NCBI GenBank assembly: GCA_944371325.1
Contig: CALVXO010000002.1
Coordinates: forward strand, 42,081 to 106,080
Length of the DNA: 64,000 nucleotides
Origin: an uncultured Bacilli bacterium
GTDB lineage: Bacteria > Bacillota_I > Bacilli_A > RF39 > UBA660
Direction: 5' to 3'
This document shows, one piece after another, positions 48,765-60,955 of this stretch. A model generated the notes under the pieces. That model searched no databases and was not told the origin of the DNA. It was given only the letters and a program-made list of their open reading frames with translations. A program made the translations under genes and the position numbers. Numbering within the stretch: position 1 is the first letter of the stretch; every line of letters begins with the position of its first letter.

Positions 48765-49218
48765 ACGTACCTCCATAAACTAAATTATCTTCATTATCTT
48801 CTTCATGTAAAATTGTATAAAGTAAAACTGTAATAGTTATTAATAAAACTACTATTGCAATATATATAAAATTTTGATAAATCTTTTCTCTTTTTCTTTC
48901 TATTGTATATGGTGATTTTATTTTATTAGATTCTTTTTCTTTACTTTCTTTTTTTATTTCATCTAAAGATAATTTTGAAGTATAATCAAATAGATATTCA
49001 TTAAAATCATCTACTATTTCTTCTTTATTTAATCCTAAATACTTAGCATAATCTCTAATAAAATATTTTAAATTGAATATATCTTGGAATTTTTCAACAT
49101 TACCATTTTCTATATCTATAATTTGCGAAGCATCTATTTTTAAATCTTCTGCCGCTTCATCAACTGAAACGCCTATACTTTCTCTTGCTTCTTTTAGTTT
49201 TTCGCCTATTTCTTTCAT
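48748..49218 (-). CDS. XRE-type HTH membrane protein, RodZ/YmfM-like
   Basis: N-terminal HTH (IGEKLKEARESIGVSVDEAAEDLKIDASQIIDIENG) and one TM (IYIAIVVLLITITVLLYTIL). It is located upstream of pgsA, as ymfM is in B. subtilis. Confidence 0.6.
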   Translation of the reverse strand: MKEIGEKLKEARESIGVSVDEAAEDLKIDASQIIDIENGNVEKFQDIFNLKYFIRDYAKYLGLNKEEIVDDFNEYLFDYTSKLSLDEIKKESKEKESNKIKSPYTIERKREKIYQNFIYIAIVVLLITITVLLYTILHEEDNEDNLVYGGTYELTK

Positions 49219-49242
49219 AATTCACCCCATAAATAAAAAAAA

Positions 49243-49579
49243 TAATACTTATAAGCCATGTTCTGTACTCTTTATAAGAGCGACAAACATCTATCTACCA
49301 ATAAATTGGTTCTAAATAAAGTTTGATTCCTTTATTTAAACTCCCCTACCATAATTTGGGTTTCTTGCTTGTGGGGTTTACCGCGTTTCATTCTTCTATT
49401 ACTAGAAGCATCGTTTCTGTGGCACTTTATATCTAATTTAATCCTTATAGGATTATTTCGATGCCGTTAGGTTAAAACCTACCATAGGTTATTTTTTCCC
49501 TATGCACAATCACTACTACCATCTCAGGATAGTGCAAGCATGGACTTTCCTCTACATCAAATGCAGCGTTTGTCAAGTA
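49243..49579 (-). ncRNA. rnpB: RNase P RNA (bacterial type B)
   Basis: The minus strand contains GAGGAAAGTCCATGCTTGCAC, ..GAATGAAACGCGGTAAACCCCAC.. and ..ACAGAACATGGCTTATAAG. P1 pairing is AATACTT/AAGTATT. It is GC-enriched relative to its flanks and lies next to gpsB, as in B. subtilis. The ends are approximate. Confidence 0.9.
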
Positions 49580-49909
49580 TTATTCTTTACCATATATAAT
49601 TTTTTCTAGATTAGATAATCTTTTTAAAACATCTACACTGTTGCTACCAGAATCACTATCAGCATTTTCTTTTAAAATATCTAATTTCATTTTTAAACTT
49701 CTTATTTCTTGTTTCAATTTCATGTTATCATTTGTAAGTTCTCTTATTTCATTAGATAATTCTTTATTAATTGCCATAAATTCTTCATAATCACGCATAA
49801 TAACATCTAAAAATTTATCTACTTCTTGAGGACGATACCCCCTTGTATCTAACTTAAATTCTTTTTCAAAAATATCTTTAACCGTCAACATTATTCGATC
49901 TTGATACAT
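49580..49909 (-). CDS. gpsB: Cell-cycle protein GpsB (DivIVA-domain)
   Basis: LTVKDIFEKEFKLDTRGYRPQEVDKFLDVIMRDYEEF and C-terminal VLKRLSNLEKIIYG parallel B. subtilis GpsB ([28 protein letters not shown]...ILKRLSNLEKHVFG). Confidence 0.9.
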   Translation of the reverse strand: MYQDRIMLTVKDIFEKEFKLDTRGYRPQEVDKFLDVIMRDYEEFMAINKELSNEIRELTNDNMKLKQEIRSLKMKLDILKENADSDSGSNSVDVLKRLSNLEKIIYGKE

Positions 49910-49962
49910 TTAATATCACCCACATAAATTATATAACAAAAAAGGATATTTTGTCAACCAAA

Positions 49963-50052
49963 TTATTTTCTTATATTTTTAAAATAAGTTGCTAATTTGA
50001 TGTATTTAATATCCTCTATCATACTATTAAAAACCTCTTCTATATGATCCAT
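49963..50052 (-). CDS. Candidate 29-aa ORF
   Basis: Own translation: MDHIEEVFNSMIEDIKYIKLATYFKNIRK. RBS TAGGTGA lies 4 nt before the ATG. Promoter TTGACA-17-TGCAAT lies upstream, with TTTTGTCGAAT in the spacer. No family recognised. Confidence 0.25.
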   Translation of the reverse strand: MDHIEEVFNSMIEDIKYIKLATYFKNIRK

Positions 50053-50100
50053 TTTATCACCTATTTTTATTAAATCACATATATGTAAATATTGCATTAA

Positions 50101-50111
50101 ATTCGACAAAA
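50101..50111 (-). promoter_or_regulatory. Spo0A-box (TTTTGTCGAAT) in the gpsB-recU intergenic region
   Basis: The minus strand reads aattTTGACAtgTTTTGTCGAATttaaTGCAAT, so the 0A-box core TGTCGAA lies within the spacer of a sigma-A-like promoter. Confidence 0.45.
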
Positions 50112-50169
50112 CATGTCAAAATTAGTTTAAATTATTTTATAAATATAGTATAATAATATTGGTGAGATA

Positions 50170-50742
50170 ATGAATTATCCTAATGGCATTAAAAAAAAAT
50201 TTAAAGTAAGTGCTAGTAATCGTGGTATGACTTTAGAAAATGAAATAAACGAAAGTAATATTTATTATCGTAATAATGATATTGCTGTTATATATAAAAA
50301 ACCTACACCTATTACAATTAATAAGGTTGAATACAAAAATAGAAAAGATGCGGTTATTAAAGAAGCACATTTTAATACACCTTCAACAACTGATTATAAT
50401 GGAGTTTATAAAGGTAAATATATTGATTTTGAAGCTAAAGAAACTAGAAAAAATTATTTTCCTTTATCAAATGTTCATGATCATCAAATAAAACATTTAC
50501 AAAAAATAAGAGACTGTGGCGGAATAGGATTTATTATTGTTAGATTTATTGATGAAAACAAAACATATTTGCTAGAAATTGACAAATTAGAAAATTTTTT
50601 AGATAATAGTAATCGTAAATCTATTCCCAAGGAATATTTTGTTAATAATGGTTATTTAATTAATCAAGGATATAATCCATATCTAGATTATTTAAAAATA
50701 GTTGATATAATAAGGAGAGATAATAATGAAAAAATTTTTTAA
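50170..50742 (+). CDS. recU: Holliday junction resolvase RecU
   Basis: NRGMTLENEINESNIYY...IAVIYKKPTPI...TTDYNGVYKGKYIDFEAKET...HDHQIKHL is collinear with B. subtilis RecU. Confidence 0.95.
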   Translation: MNYPNGIKKKFKVSASNRGMTLENEINESNIYYRNNDIAVIYKKPTPITINKVEYKNRKDAVIKEAHFNTPSTTDYNGVYKGKYIDFEAKETRKNYFPLSNVHDHQIKHLQKIRDCGGIGFIIVRFIDENKTYLLEIDKLENFLDNSNRKSIPKEYFVNNGYLINQGYNPYLDYLKIVDIIRRDNNEKIF

Positions 50743-53542
50743 GAAAAATAAAAGGACTATCATTACCGCTTTAATAAGTTTAATTGTATTGATAATAGGA
50801 TCACTTTTAATAAGCTTTATTCCTACTATCTTATTAATGTTGTTTGTAGGAATGATATACTTTTTTGTAAATAATAAAAAGAAAAAGAAAGTAAGTAAAA
50901 GTGAAATATTTAAATCAATTCTGATATTTTGTTTCTCTTTTGCAATATTTTGTTTATTATTAGGAATTTCTTTTGGAGTTTATATTATTGCTACTGCTCC
51001 AGAATTTACCGAAGAAAAATTATATAATAAAGATGCTTCAATATTATATTTATCTAATGGTGAAGAATTTGCTAAAGTTGGGGCTGAGATGCGTGAAAAA
51101 ATAACTTATGATGAATTATCTCAATCATTAATTGATGCTATTATAGCTACTGAAGATTCAAGATTCTTCCAACATAGTGGTGTCGATTTACCAAGATTTT
51201 TGAAAGCCTCTTTCACACAATTATTAGGTAAAGGTGGCGGTGGTGCTTCTACCCTTACAATGCAAGTTTCAAAAAACACTCAAACATCAACTATTGATAG
51301 TGGAATACAAGGTATAATTCGTAAATTTACAGATATTTATATGTCAGTATTCAAAATAGAAACTAAATATACTAAAGAACAAATTCTTGAATTTTATGTT
51401 AATTCTAATAATTTAGGTGGCTCTAATAGAGGTGTAGAACAAGCTAGTCTCGACTATTTTGGAAAACATGCAAGTGAATTAAATGTTGCTGAAGCAGCTA
51501 TGATTGCTGGTCTTTTCCAAGCACCTGGTGCATATTATCCTTATCTTTACCCAGAAGCATGCGAAGAAAGAAGACAAACTGTTTTAAGTTTAATGTTAAG
51601 ACATGGCTATATTAATGAAGAAGAATATAATATTGCTAAAGAATTAACTGTTGATAAGTTATTAGTAAAAAAAGAATCTAGTGGTGAATCTTCAAGTATT
51701 TATCAAGATTTTATCGACACTGTTGTTGAAGAAGTAATTGATAGAACAGGAAATAACCCATATGAAGTACCTATGAAAATATATACTACTATGGATAAAG
51801 AAATGCAAGAAAACATGGCTGGTGTTATGAATGGTACATTATATGAATGGAAAGATGATTATGTTCAAGGCGCCGCTGTAGTTCTTGATGTTAATAACGG
51901 TGAAATTAAAGCTGTTGGTGGTGGTAGAGATAGAGTTGTTCGTGGTGAAAATTTAGCCACTGATCTAGAAAGACAAATAGGATCAACTGCTAAACCACTT
52001 TACGATTACGGACCTGGTATTGAATATAATAATTGGTCAACCTATACTCCATTTACAGATGAACCTTATACTTATTCAGATGGAACAGAAATGAAAAACT
52101 GGGATAGCAAATATTATTATTTTCAAACATTACATGAAGCATTAAAACACTCTAGAAATATTCCTGCTTTAAAAGCATTTCAACAAGTTAACTCATCTAA
52201 CATAAAAAAATTTGTTACTAATTTAGGCTTATCACCTGACGATTATTTACATGAAGCTCATGCTTTAGGTGGATATAATGGTGAATCTCCTCTTACTTTA
52301 GCTACTGCTTATGCCGCATTCTCTAATGGTGGATATTATATTGAACCACATAGCTTTACTAAAATTGAATATACTGAATCAAAAGATACTTATGAAGTTA
52401 AACCAATAACAAGAAGAGCTATGAGTGAAGAAACAGCTTACATGATAACTAAAGTTCTTGAAGACACTGCAGGATATGCTGTTGGTTTAAGTGTTAATGG
52501 CGTTAATTATGCTGCTAAAACAGGTACAACAAATTTAAATTACGAAGATATTAAAGCTCATGGATTACCAAGCAATGCTATTAGTGATAAATGGATTGGA
52601 AGTTTTAACGATACATATGCTATAGGCGTTTGGTATGGATACAAATATTTAGATAAAGATCATTGTTTAACTACATCTGATTATTCAATTAAAAGAGTAT
52701 TCCAAGCTATTGCTAAAAAAGTATATACAGAACGCTCAACTTGGGAACAACCTTCTGGCGTTGTAAAATTAGAAGTTGAATATGGATTACCTACTGCTAT
52801 GCTACCAAGTGAATATACACCAGAAGATTTAAGATATACAGCATATTTTAAAAAAGGATTTGAGCCTACTGAAACATCTACTAGATTTAGTCAATTAGAT
52901 AATGTAACTAATGTTAATTATGCTAATAGTACACTATCTTGGAATCCTATTAAAACACCAGATTTCATTGATAAAAATTATTTAACTCAATTATATACTA
53001 AATTATATACCGATGAAAGTACAAGACAAAAACAATTAAATAGTCATATAAGTTACAATAATAAAAATATCGGATCTGTTGTTTATAATGTTTATACAAA
53101 AGATAGTAATGGTAATTTAAAATTAATTACAACAACTAGTAACACAAGTTTTATATACCCAATTACTGAACCTACTACTTTTGTTATTAAAACAAGTTAT
53201 AGTATATTTAAAAGTAATGCTAGTAGTGGTGCTGAATTTACTGTGGAAAACAGTGGCAGTTCAATTATAAGTAGTCAATTAAATGGTGATTCTACTATAT
53301 CATTATCGATTGGATCAAGTTACGTTGAACCTAGTAAACCAGTTATAGTATTACAAAATGGTATTAATGATATAACAAATTTAGCAACTATTACTTGTAC
53401 AGTTTTAAGAAACTCAGATAATCAAATGTTTAGTAATACCTCTGCTATTAAAACTGATAAAGCAGAAAATTATACAATAACATATCACATAAAATATGGT
53501 AGTTATAGTGATATATTAATTAAATATGTTCAAGTAAATTAA
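50726..53542 (+). CDS. ponA: Class A penicillin-binding protein 1A/1B with a long C-terminal extension
   Basis: EDSRFFQHSGVD and GASTLTMQVSKN (GT51). SxxK (GSTAKPL), SRN and KTGTT. The recU-ponA pairing matches B. subtilis. About 280 aa of extra Ser/Thr-rich beta-type C-terminal domains. Confidence 0.9.
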   Translation: MKKFFKKNKRTIITALISLIVLIIGSLLISFIPTILLMLFVGMIYFFVNNKKKKKVSKSEIFKSILIFCFSFAIFCLLLGISFGVYIIATAPEFTEEKLYNKDASILYLSNGEEFAKVGAEMREKITYDELSQSLIDAIIATEDSRFFQHSGVDLPRFLKASFTQLLGKGGGGASTLTMQVSKNTQTSTIDSGIQGIIRKFTDIYMSVFKIETKYTKEQILEFYVNSNNLGGSNRGVEQASLDYFGKHASELNVAEAAMIAGLFQAPGAYYPYLYPEACEERRQTVLSLMLRHGYINEEEYNIAKELTVDKLLVKKESSGESSSIYQDFIDTVVEEVIDRTGNNPYEVPMKIYTTMDKEMQENMAGVMNGTLYEWKDDYVQGAAVVLDVNNGEIKAVGGGRDRVVRGENLATDLERQIGSTAKPLYDYGPGIEYNNWSTYTPFTDEPYTYSDGTEMKNWDSKYYYFQTLHEALKHSRNIPALKAFQQVNSSNIKKFVTNLGLSPDDYLHEAHALGGYNGESPLTLATAYAAFSNGGYYIEPHSFTKIEYTESKDTYEVKPITRRAMSEETAYMITKVLEDTAGYAVGLSVNGVNYAAKTGTTNLNYEDIKAHGLPSNAISDKWIGSFNDTYAIGVWYGYKYLDKDHCLTTSDYSIKRVFQAIAKKVYTERSTWEQPSGVVKLEVEYGLPTAMLPSEYTPEDLRYTAYFKKGFEPTETSTRFSQLDNVTNVNYANSTLSWNPIKTPDFIDKNYLTQLYTKLYTDESTRQKQLNSHISYNNKNIGSVVYNVYTKDSNGNLKLITTTSNTSFIYPITEPTTFVIKTSYSIFKSNASSGAEFTVENSGSSIISSQLNGDSTISLSIGSSYVEPSKPVIVLQNGINDITNLATITCTVLRNSDNQMFSNTSAIKTDKAENYTITYHIKYGSYSDILIKYVQVN

Positions 53543-53553
53543 AAGAAGGAATT

Positions 53554-54162
53554 TTATCCTTCTTTTTTGCATATATTTTTTAATTTACAATTTTCACATT
53601 TAGGATTAATTGCTTTACAATAATAACGCCCAAATAAAACTAATTGATGATGTAATCGACATAAATCATAACCTTTAAACTTTTTATATAGCTTTTTTTC
53701 GGTTATGTTTACATCATCATTTTTATTAGCAATTCCTAATCTAATACTAACTCTATGAACATGAGTATCAACGGCAATACACGCCACATTATAAATATTA
53801 CTTAAAACAACATTTGTAGTTTTTCTCCCTACTCCTGGTAAACTTTCTAAAAATTTTCTATCATTTGGAACAATATCATTTTTCTCTTTTAATTTATTTG
53901 CAATTTCAATTATATTTTTTGCTTTTTTATTATAAGTTCCAATAGGTTTAATAATATTAATAATATCTTCTAGATTTGCTTCTCTTAATTTAGATAAAGT
54001 ATCATATTTTTTAAATAATATAGCAGTTACTTCATTAACTCTTTTGTCAGTAGTTTGAGCACTTAACATAGTAGCAATCAATAATTCATAATCTTTGTTA
54101 TAGTTTAATTCACACTTAGGATTTGGTATTATTTCATCTAAATAATCAATTATCTCTTTCAT
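53554..54162 (-). CDS. nth: Endonuclease III
   Basis: HhH-GPD region LPGVGRKTTNVV, catalytic Lys/Asp region, and a C-terminal 4Fe-4S cluster CKAINPKCENCKLKNIC. Confidence 0.93.
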   Translation of the reverse strand: MKEIIDYLDEIIPNPKCELNYNKDYELLIATMLSAQTTDKRVNEVTAILFKKYDTLSKLREANLEDIINIIKPIGTYNKKAKNIIEIANKLKEKNDIVPNDRKFLESLPGVGRKTTNVVLSNIYNVACIAVDTHVHRVSIRLGIANKNDDVNITEKKLYKKFKGYDLCRLHHQLVLFGRYYCKAINPKCENCKLKNICKKEG

Positions 54163-54775
54163 TTAACCAATCATAATCAAATAATTTTTTATTTGATTTT
54201 TTACTTTCAAATTTTTTTCGATCATTAATTACATCTTGTTCAGTTTTAATACCTTTTTTATGCCAATCTCTAATAATTTTATCTATATATCTTAAATTAG
54301 TAACATTATTAAATACAGCTTCTTTTAACGCTAATAAAATTAAACTATCATCAAAATCTTTTTGCCAATCTGTTATTATTTCATAATCCATAGGAGACAA
54401 AGTTCTTCCAAATTCTTGCTCAAAAACATCAAATAAATTACTGCTTTTTTTTGTTTTATTATCAATTATTATAAACGCTAATTTATTATAAAGTTCATCT
54501 AAATTAAGTTTTTCTTCTCTTACCTTTTTATTTATAATATCTAATTTTATAATATTTTTATCAATTAATGAATTAATTATTTCCATTGTATCATTTAATT
54601 TAAAATTTAAATCTTTTGCTACTTGCTTAGGATTAAATGTGTTTTCAGTATTTATTAAATATATTAAAATAATTAGTTCTGAATCTGTTATATTTAATTT
54701 TCTATAGTTCTTTAATAAAATGCTAGGAACATAAAATGGTTCTGTTTTTAATATATCTACTAGTTTTCCTAACAT
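54146..54775 (-). CDS. dnaD: Replication initiation / membrane attachment protein DnaD
   Basis: N-terminal winged-helix-like region and C-terminal DnaD/DnaB-2 domain (YEIITDWQKDFDDSLILLALKEAVFNNVTNLRYIDKIIRDWHKKGI). It lies upstream of nth, as in B. subtilis. Confidence 0.8.
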   Translation of the reverse strand: MLGKLVDILKTEPFYVPSILLKNYRKLNITDSELIILIYLINTENTFNPKQVAKDLNFKLNDTMEIINSLIDKNIIKLDIINKKVREEKLNLDELYNKLAFIIIDNKTKKSSNLFDVFEQEFGRTLSPMDYEIITDWQKDFDDSLILLALKEAVFNNVTNLRYIDKIIRDWHKKGIKTEQDVINDRKKFESKKSNKKLFDYDWLNERDN

Positions 54776-54787
54776 AAAATCACTCCT

Positions 54788-55729
54788 TTATTGTTTTTCA
54801 CATAATTTATCTAAATCTTTTAACATATTATCAACTTCAGCAAAAGTCTTTGGTCTTGCTCCACAAGCATATACATGACCACCACCATTATATTTAGATG
54901 TTACTTCATTTATAATTGGACCTTTAGATCTAATTGAACATTTAATATAATTATTTCCTTTATCTTCACTACAAAATGCAATTACTTTAACTTCTTGAAT
55001 ATTATTAAAATTTTCTATTAAATTGCCTGCTGTTGAAGGGTCAACTTCATATTCCTTTAAAATTTCATCAGTTATTTTTAAATATCCTAACCCATTTTTA
55101 GTAACAATTAAATTTGAAGATAAATAACCAGAAAATCTAATTTCTCTTAATGGTCTACTATACAAATTACTGTATGACTCATTAAAATTCAAATTTGTTT
55201 TTTTAATTAACCAAGATACTAATCCGAATGTTTTATAAGATGTATAACTATATAAAAATCTATTTGTATCAGCTACTAAACCGATATACAACTTAGAAGC
55301 TATTGATTCATTTATTTTCATATTATTTTTTTTAATTAATTCAATTATCAATTGACTAGCACTGCTAGCTTTATCATCAATTAGTTCAATGTCAGCATAT
55401 TTTTCAACAAAAGGATGATGATCAATTTTAATAATATATTTAAATTTATTTATATTTGGACAATCTACTCTCTTTAAATCAGGAGTATCAGTTACTATTA
55501 AAAGACTTTTTTCATAATCTATTTCATCTAATCGATCAACATTACCAATATAACGAAATCTACTAGCTGGGGACCCTACAACATAAACTTTCTTATTAGG
55601 AAAATTATATAAAATTGCTTCTTTTAATCCTATTGAACTACCTAATGCATCGGGATCTGGTCCTATATGCCTAGCTATAACAATTGTTTTATATTTTTTT
55701 ATTGTTTTATATATTCTTTTAAACGCCAT
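54788..55729 (-). CDS. nrnA: DHH-family phosphoesterase (NrnA-type oligoribonuclease / pAp phosphatase)
   Basis: DHH motifs (ARHIGPDPDALGS, VTDTPD, KIDHHPF) and DHHA1 GGGH. Confidence 0.8.
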   Translation of the reverse strand: MAFKRIYKTIKKYKTIVIARHIGPDPDALGSSIGLKEAILYNFPNKKVYVVGSPASRFRYIGNVDRLDEIDYEKSLLIVTDTPDLKRVDCPNINKFKYIIKIDHHPFVEKYADIELIDDKASSASQLIIELIKKNNMKINESIASKLYIGLVADTNRFLYSYTSYKTFGLVSWLIKKTNLNFNESYSNLYSRPLREIRFSGYLSSNLIVTKNGLGYLKITDEILKEYEVDPSTAGNLIENFNNIQEVKVIAFCSEDKGNNYIKCSIRSKGPIINEVTSKYNGGGHVYACGARPKTFAEVDNMLKDLDKLCEKQ

Positions 55730-55796
55730 TATATCACACTTTCTACTGCAATAATTATACTATATTTAATTTATAATGTCTAGAAAAAAAGAAGGA

Positions 55797-56978
55797 TTAT
55801 CCTTCAATTAAATTATAAGTATCTCTTGCAATCATTACTTCTTCATCAGTTGGAATTACATAGCAAGGAATACTAGAATCTTTCTTAGTAATTAATTTAA
55901 ATTCTCCTCTAAAATCATTATCTTTTTCATCAAATTTAATACCTAAACATGCTAATCCTTCTAATATTTCTTTTCTAGTTGAAATTGAATTTTCTCCAAT
56001 TCCACCAGCAAAACATAAAGCATCTACATGACCTAATTCAACGTAATACTTAGCAATATATTCAATAACTCGATTTATATATAGTTTTTGAGCTAATATA
56101 CATCTTTCATTATTGTTATTAATTCCATCTTCTACATCTCTTGAATCACTACTAACGCCACTTACACCTAATAAACCACTTTTTTTAGATAAATCACTCA
56201 TAACTTCTTCTAAAGATTTATCAGTTTTACTCATAATGTATGGAATTATAGAACTATCTATATCCCCACTTCTACTTCCCATAACTAAGCCAGCATTAGG
56301 TGAAAAACCTAAACTAGTATCATAGCATAAGCCATCTTTTATAGCACTGATACTTCCACCATTACCTAAATGACAAGTAATTAAATTTGGTTTATCATTT
56401 TTTAATACTTTTTTTAATGTTCTTGTTAAATAATCGTGGCTTATTCCATGAAATCCATATCTTCTTACACCATACTTTGTAAACCATTCATATGGTACAG
56501 CATATATATATGATTCTTTTGGCATTGTTTGATGAAATGCAGTATCAAAAACTGCTACACTAACAGCATCAGGTACTTCTTCTTTAAATGCCAAAATACC
56601 CATTAAATTAGCTGGATTATGTAAAGGTGCTAATGAAGATAACTCATCTATTGTTTTTATTACATCTTCAGTTATAACAGTAGATTTAGCATATCTATCA
56701 CCACCATGGACAACTCTATGGCCAATTCCTTTTATTTCGTCTAATGATTTAATTACTTTATTTTCTAATAATTCTTTTATTAAGATTCTAACAGCATCTT
56801 TATGATTAGTTAAAACTGTTTCTTTTTTTATTTTTTCACCATTTATTTTTATAGTATATAAACTATTATCTATTCCTATTCTTTCAAAAACTCCTGAAAT
56901 TAAAACTTTTTCCTCTGGCATTTCATACATTTGAAATTTTAATGATGAACTTCCTGCATTTACTGATAATATTTTCAT
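55797..56978 (-). CDS. ackA: Acetate kinase
   Basis: MKILSVNAGSSSLKF, RRYGFHGISH, and GGIGENS near the C-terminus. A terminator GAAGGAT-a-ATCCTTC plus T7 overlaps the stop. Confidence 0.96.
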   Translation of the reverse strand: MKILSVNAGSSSLKFQMYEMPEEKVLISGVFERIGIDNSLYTIKINGEKIKKETVLTNHKDAVRILIKELLENKVIKSLDEIKGIGHRVVHGGDRYAKSTVITEDVIKTIDELSSLAPLHNPANLMGILAFKEEVPDAVSVAVFDTAFHQTMPKESYIYAVPYEWFTKYGVRRYGFHGISHDYLTRTLKKVLKNDKPNLITCHLGNGGSISAIKDGLCYDTSLGFSPNAGLVMGSRSGDIDSSIIPYIMSKTDKSLEEVMSDLSKKSGLLGVSGVSSDSRDVEDGINNNNERCILAQKLYINRVIEYIAKYYVELGHVDALCFAGGIGENSISTRKEILEGLACLGIKFDEKDNDFRGEFKLITKKDSSIPCYVIPTDEEVMIARDTYNLIEG

Positions 56979-56987
56979 ATTTTCCTC

Positions 56988-57518
56988 CTATATATCATAT
57001 TCAAAAACTTCACAATTTCTTATTGTAATTTCACTTAATATACCATCTTCTGGTATACCTTTAAAATAATAATACAAAACTCTTATTATTCCACTATGAG
57101 TAACTATAATTATATTTTTATCATCGTATTTTTTCTTCAAATCTTCTATTAATTTAGCTACTCTGTTATATAAAGTCTTTACACTTTCTGCATTTTTATA
57201 TTTAATATCTTTATAATAATTCCAATATTCATCAAAATTGATTGAATCTCTAGGCATACCGGTAAATTCACCATGATCTCTACCCAATAAATCATCTGAA
57301 TAAATTATTGGAATTTTATTACTTATTAGTTGAGCTGTTTGTTTACATCTATCTAAAGGAGAACTGATAATTAAATCAATTTTTTTATCTTCAAAATACT
57401 TTCTTAGTTTTTTTGCCTGTTCTATTCCATTTTCTGTTAATGAACTATTTATTCTACCTACTAAACAATTATTAGCATTCTCAATGGTCTCACCATGTCT
57501 TACAACGTATATTTTCAC
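56988..57518 (-). CDS. Histidine phosphatase (phosphoglycerate mutase-like) family protein
   Basis: RHGE motif (IYVVRHGETIEN) and a second catalytic His (IIVTHSGIIR). Confidence 0.8.
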   Translation of the reverse strand: MKIYVVRHGETIENANNCLVGRINSSLTENGIEQAKKLRKYFEDKKIDLIISSPLDRCKQTAQLISNKIPIIYSDDLLGRDHGEFTGMPRDSINFDEYWNYYKDIKYKNAESVKTLYNRVAKLIEDLKKKYDDKNIIIVTHSGIIRVLYYYFKGIPEDGILSEITIRNCEVFEYDI

Positions 57519-58907
57519 TTAATAATTCCAATCTACTACATCACAAAATGGATTATCAGGGTCATAACCAGAATCAGGCTTAATAAATAATTCTAGTAGG
57601 AAAGCTAATATAATAGGTACCAAGAATAATAATGCAGCTGCTCCTAATCTTGTAAGAAGTCTTTTAAATGCATTTTTCATTTCTTTATCTGCATCTCCAT
57701 TAGCTAATACTTTAACAAAATCAACTGTACCTAATCCTAAAGCTAATAATGGACCTGCTACCATAATTATGTTTAAAAAATATTTCAATTTTGCTGCAAA
57801 ATCTTGAGATAATATACCACAATAATTAGCTAAATTATCAACTATTCCTTGATTAACTAATTGATCATAAAAATTATTAAAGCTTACACATTCATCCATT
57901 CTTTTTTTTAAACTATCTGGGTCATTTTTATATCTATCATAATTAGAGTATAATTCATTACAATAATTCTTAACGTCTTTTAATCCTTGCTCAGTTAAAT
58001 ACTTAGCATTTAACTGACAATCATCACCAAAACATAATAAATCATTAGCTTCTACATCATTCAATGTAGCACTAGTATTACCATCTATTGTTAATGGGAT
58101 ATTTAAGGCATCATTAGATATATATGATAATGGTGTTTTTACTGCTCCTAATAGTTCTTTAAATCTTCTACCATCTAATAATTGTGTGATGTCATCTATA
58201 TCTTCACCAGAAATATTAGAATCACCTTCTATCGAACTGCCGCCACCAATATTGTTATTATAAATTGAACAATATTTTCCATTGCGATTTGTACATACAA
58301 AGTAAAGATCAGGACAATTATCTTCATCTAGCAAATTACCATTATTGTCTAAAAAGTCATCAACAGTAAACTCTTGTTTAATTAAAGTAATATCTCCACT
58401 ATATACTGATAAACTTTGACCATCAGATTCAATCGTTATAAGACCATTAGGGGTATTATATTTACAACTTAAAATATTTTTTTCCTCAGCAAAAATTGGT
58501 TTATTATTATTAATTTCATTAGATTTATTAATTGTTCCTAATTTAGATGAATTGGATTGTTCAAAAGTAAAATTAAAATTAACTAGCCTTCCACTTGCTG
58601 TAGAAGTATAATAAAGTTTACTAGGGCAAAAAAGTTTATTACCATTTTTAAAATTAACTGCTGCTATATTATAAGTTACTTTCCCTAATGCTCCTGCACT
58701 AATTAAATTTGGTGTTATCAAAGTTAGTTTATTACCATCTGAATATACTGTTAATTCAATATCACTTTTTGCAAAAGAAGTAAAAGGATATGTACACTTA
58801 ACACATGCATATTCATTTGAATTGCAATCAATTTCTTCAGCTTTTATTTCAAAATTAAATATAAAACACAAACTAACAAATAATAATAAATAAAATATTT
58901 TTTTCAT
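57519..58907 (-). CDS. Cys-rich secreted protein with a C-terminal two-TM hairpin
   Basis: Signal peptide MKKIFYLLLFVSLCFIFNFEIKA. There are two related Cys-containing N-terminal modules. The C-terminus is IIMVAGPLLALGLGTVDFVKVLANGDADKEMKNAFKRLLTRLGAAALLFLVPIILAFLL. Start set at the ATG after AGGTGG. Confidence 0.55.
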   Translation of the reverse strand: MKKIFYLLLFVSLCFIFNFEIKAEEIDCNSNEYACVKCTYPFTSFAKSDIELTVYSDGNKLTLITPNLISAGALGKVTYNIAAVNFKNGNKLFCPSKLYYTSTASGRLVNFNFTFEQSNSSKLGTINKSNEINNNKPIFAEEKNILSCKYNTPNGLITIESDGQSLSVYSGDITLIKQEFTVDDFLDNNGNLLDEDNCPDLYFVCTNRNGKYCSIYNNNIGGGSSIEGDSNISGEDIDDITQLLDGRRFKELLGAVKTPLSYISNDALNIPLTIDGNTSATLNDVEANDLLCFGDDCQLNAKYLTEQGLKDVKNYCNELYSNYDRYKNDPDSLKKRMDECVSFNNFYDQLVNQGIVDNLANYCGILSQDFAAKLKYFLNIIMVAGPLLALGLGTVDFVKVLANGDADKEMKNAFKRLLTRLGAAALLFLVPIILAFLLELFIKPDSGYDPDNPFCDVVDWNY

Positions 58908-58916
58908 TACAACCAC

Positions 58917-60938
<2,022 letters not shown>

Positions 60939-60955
<17 letters not shown>

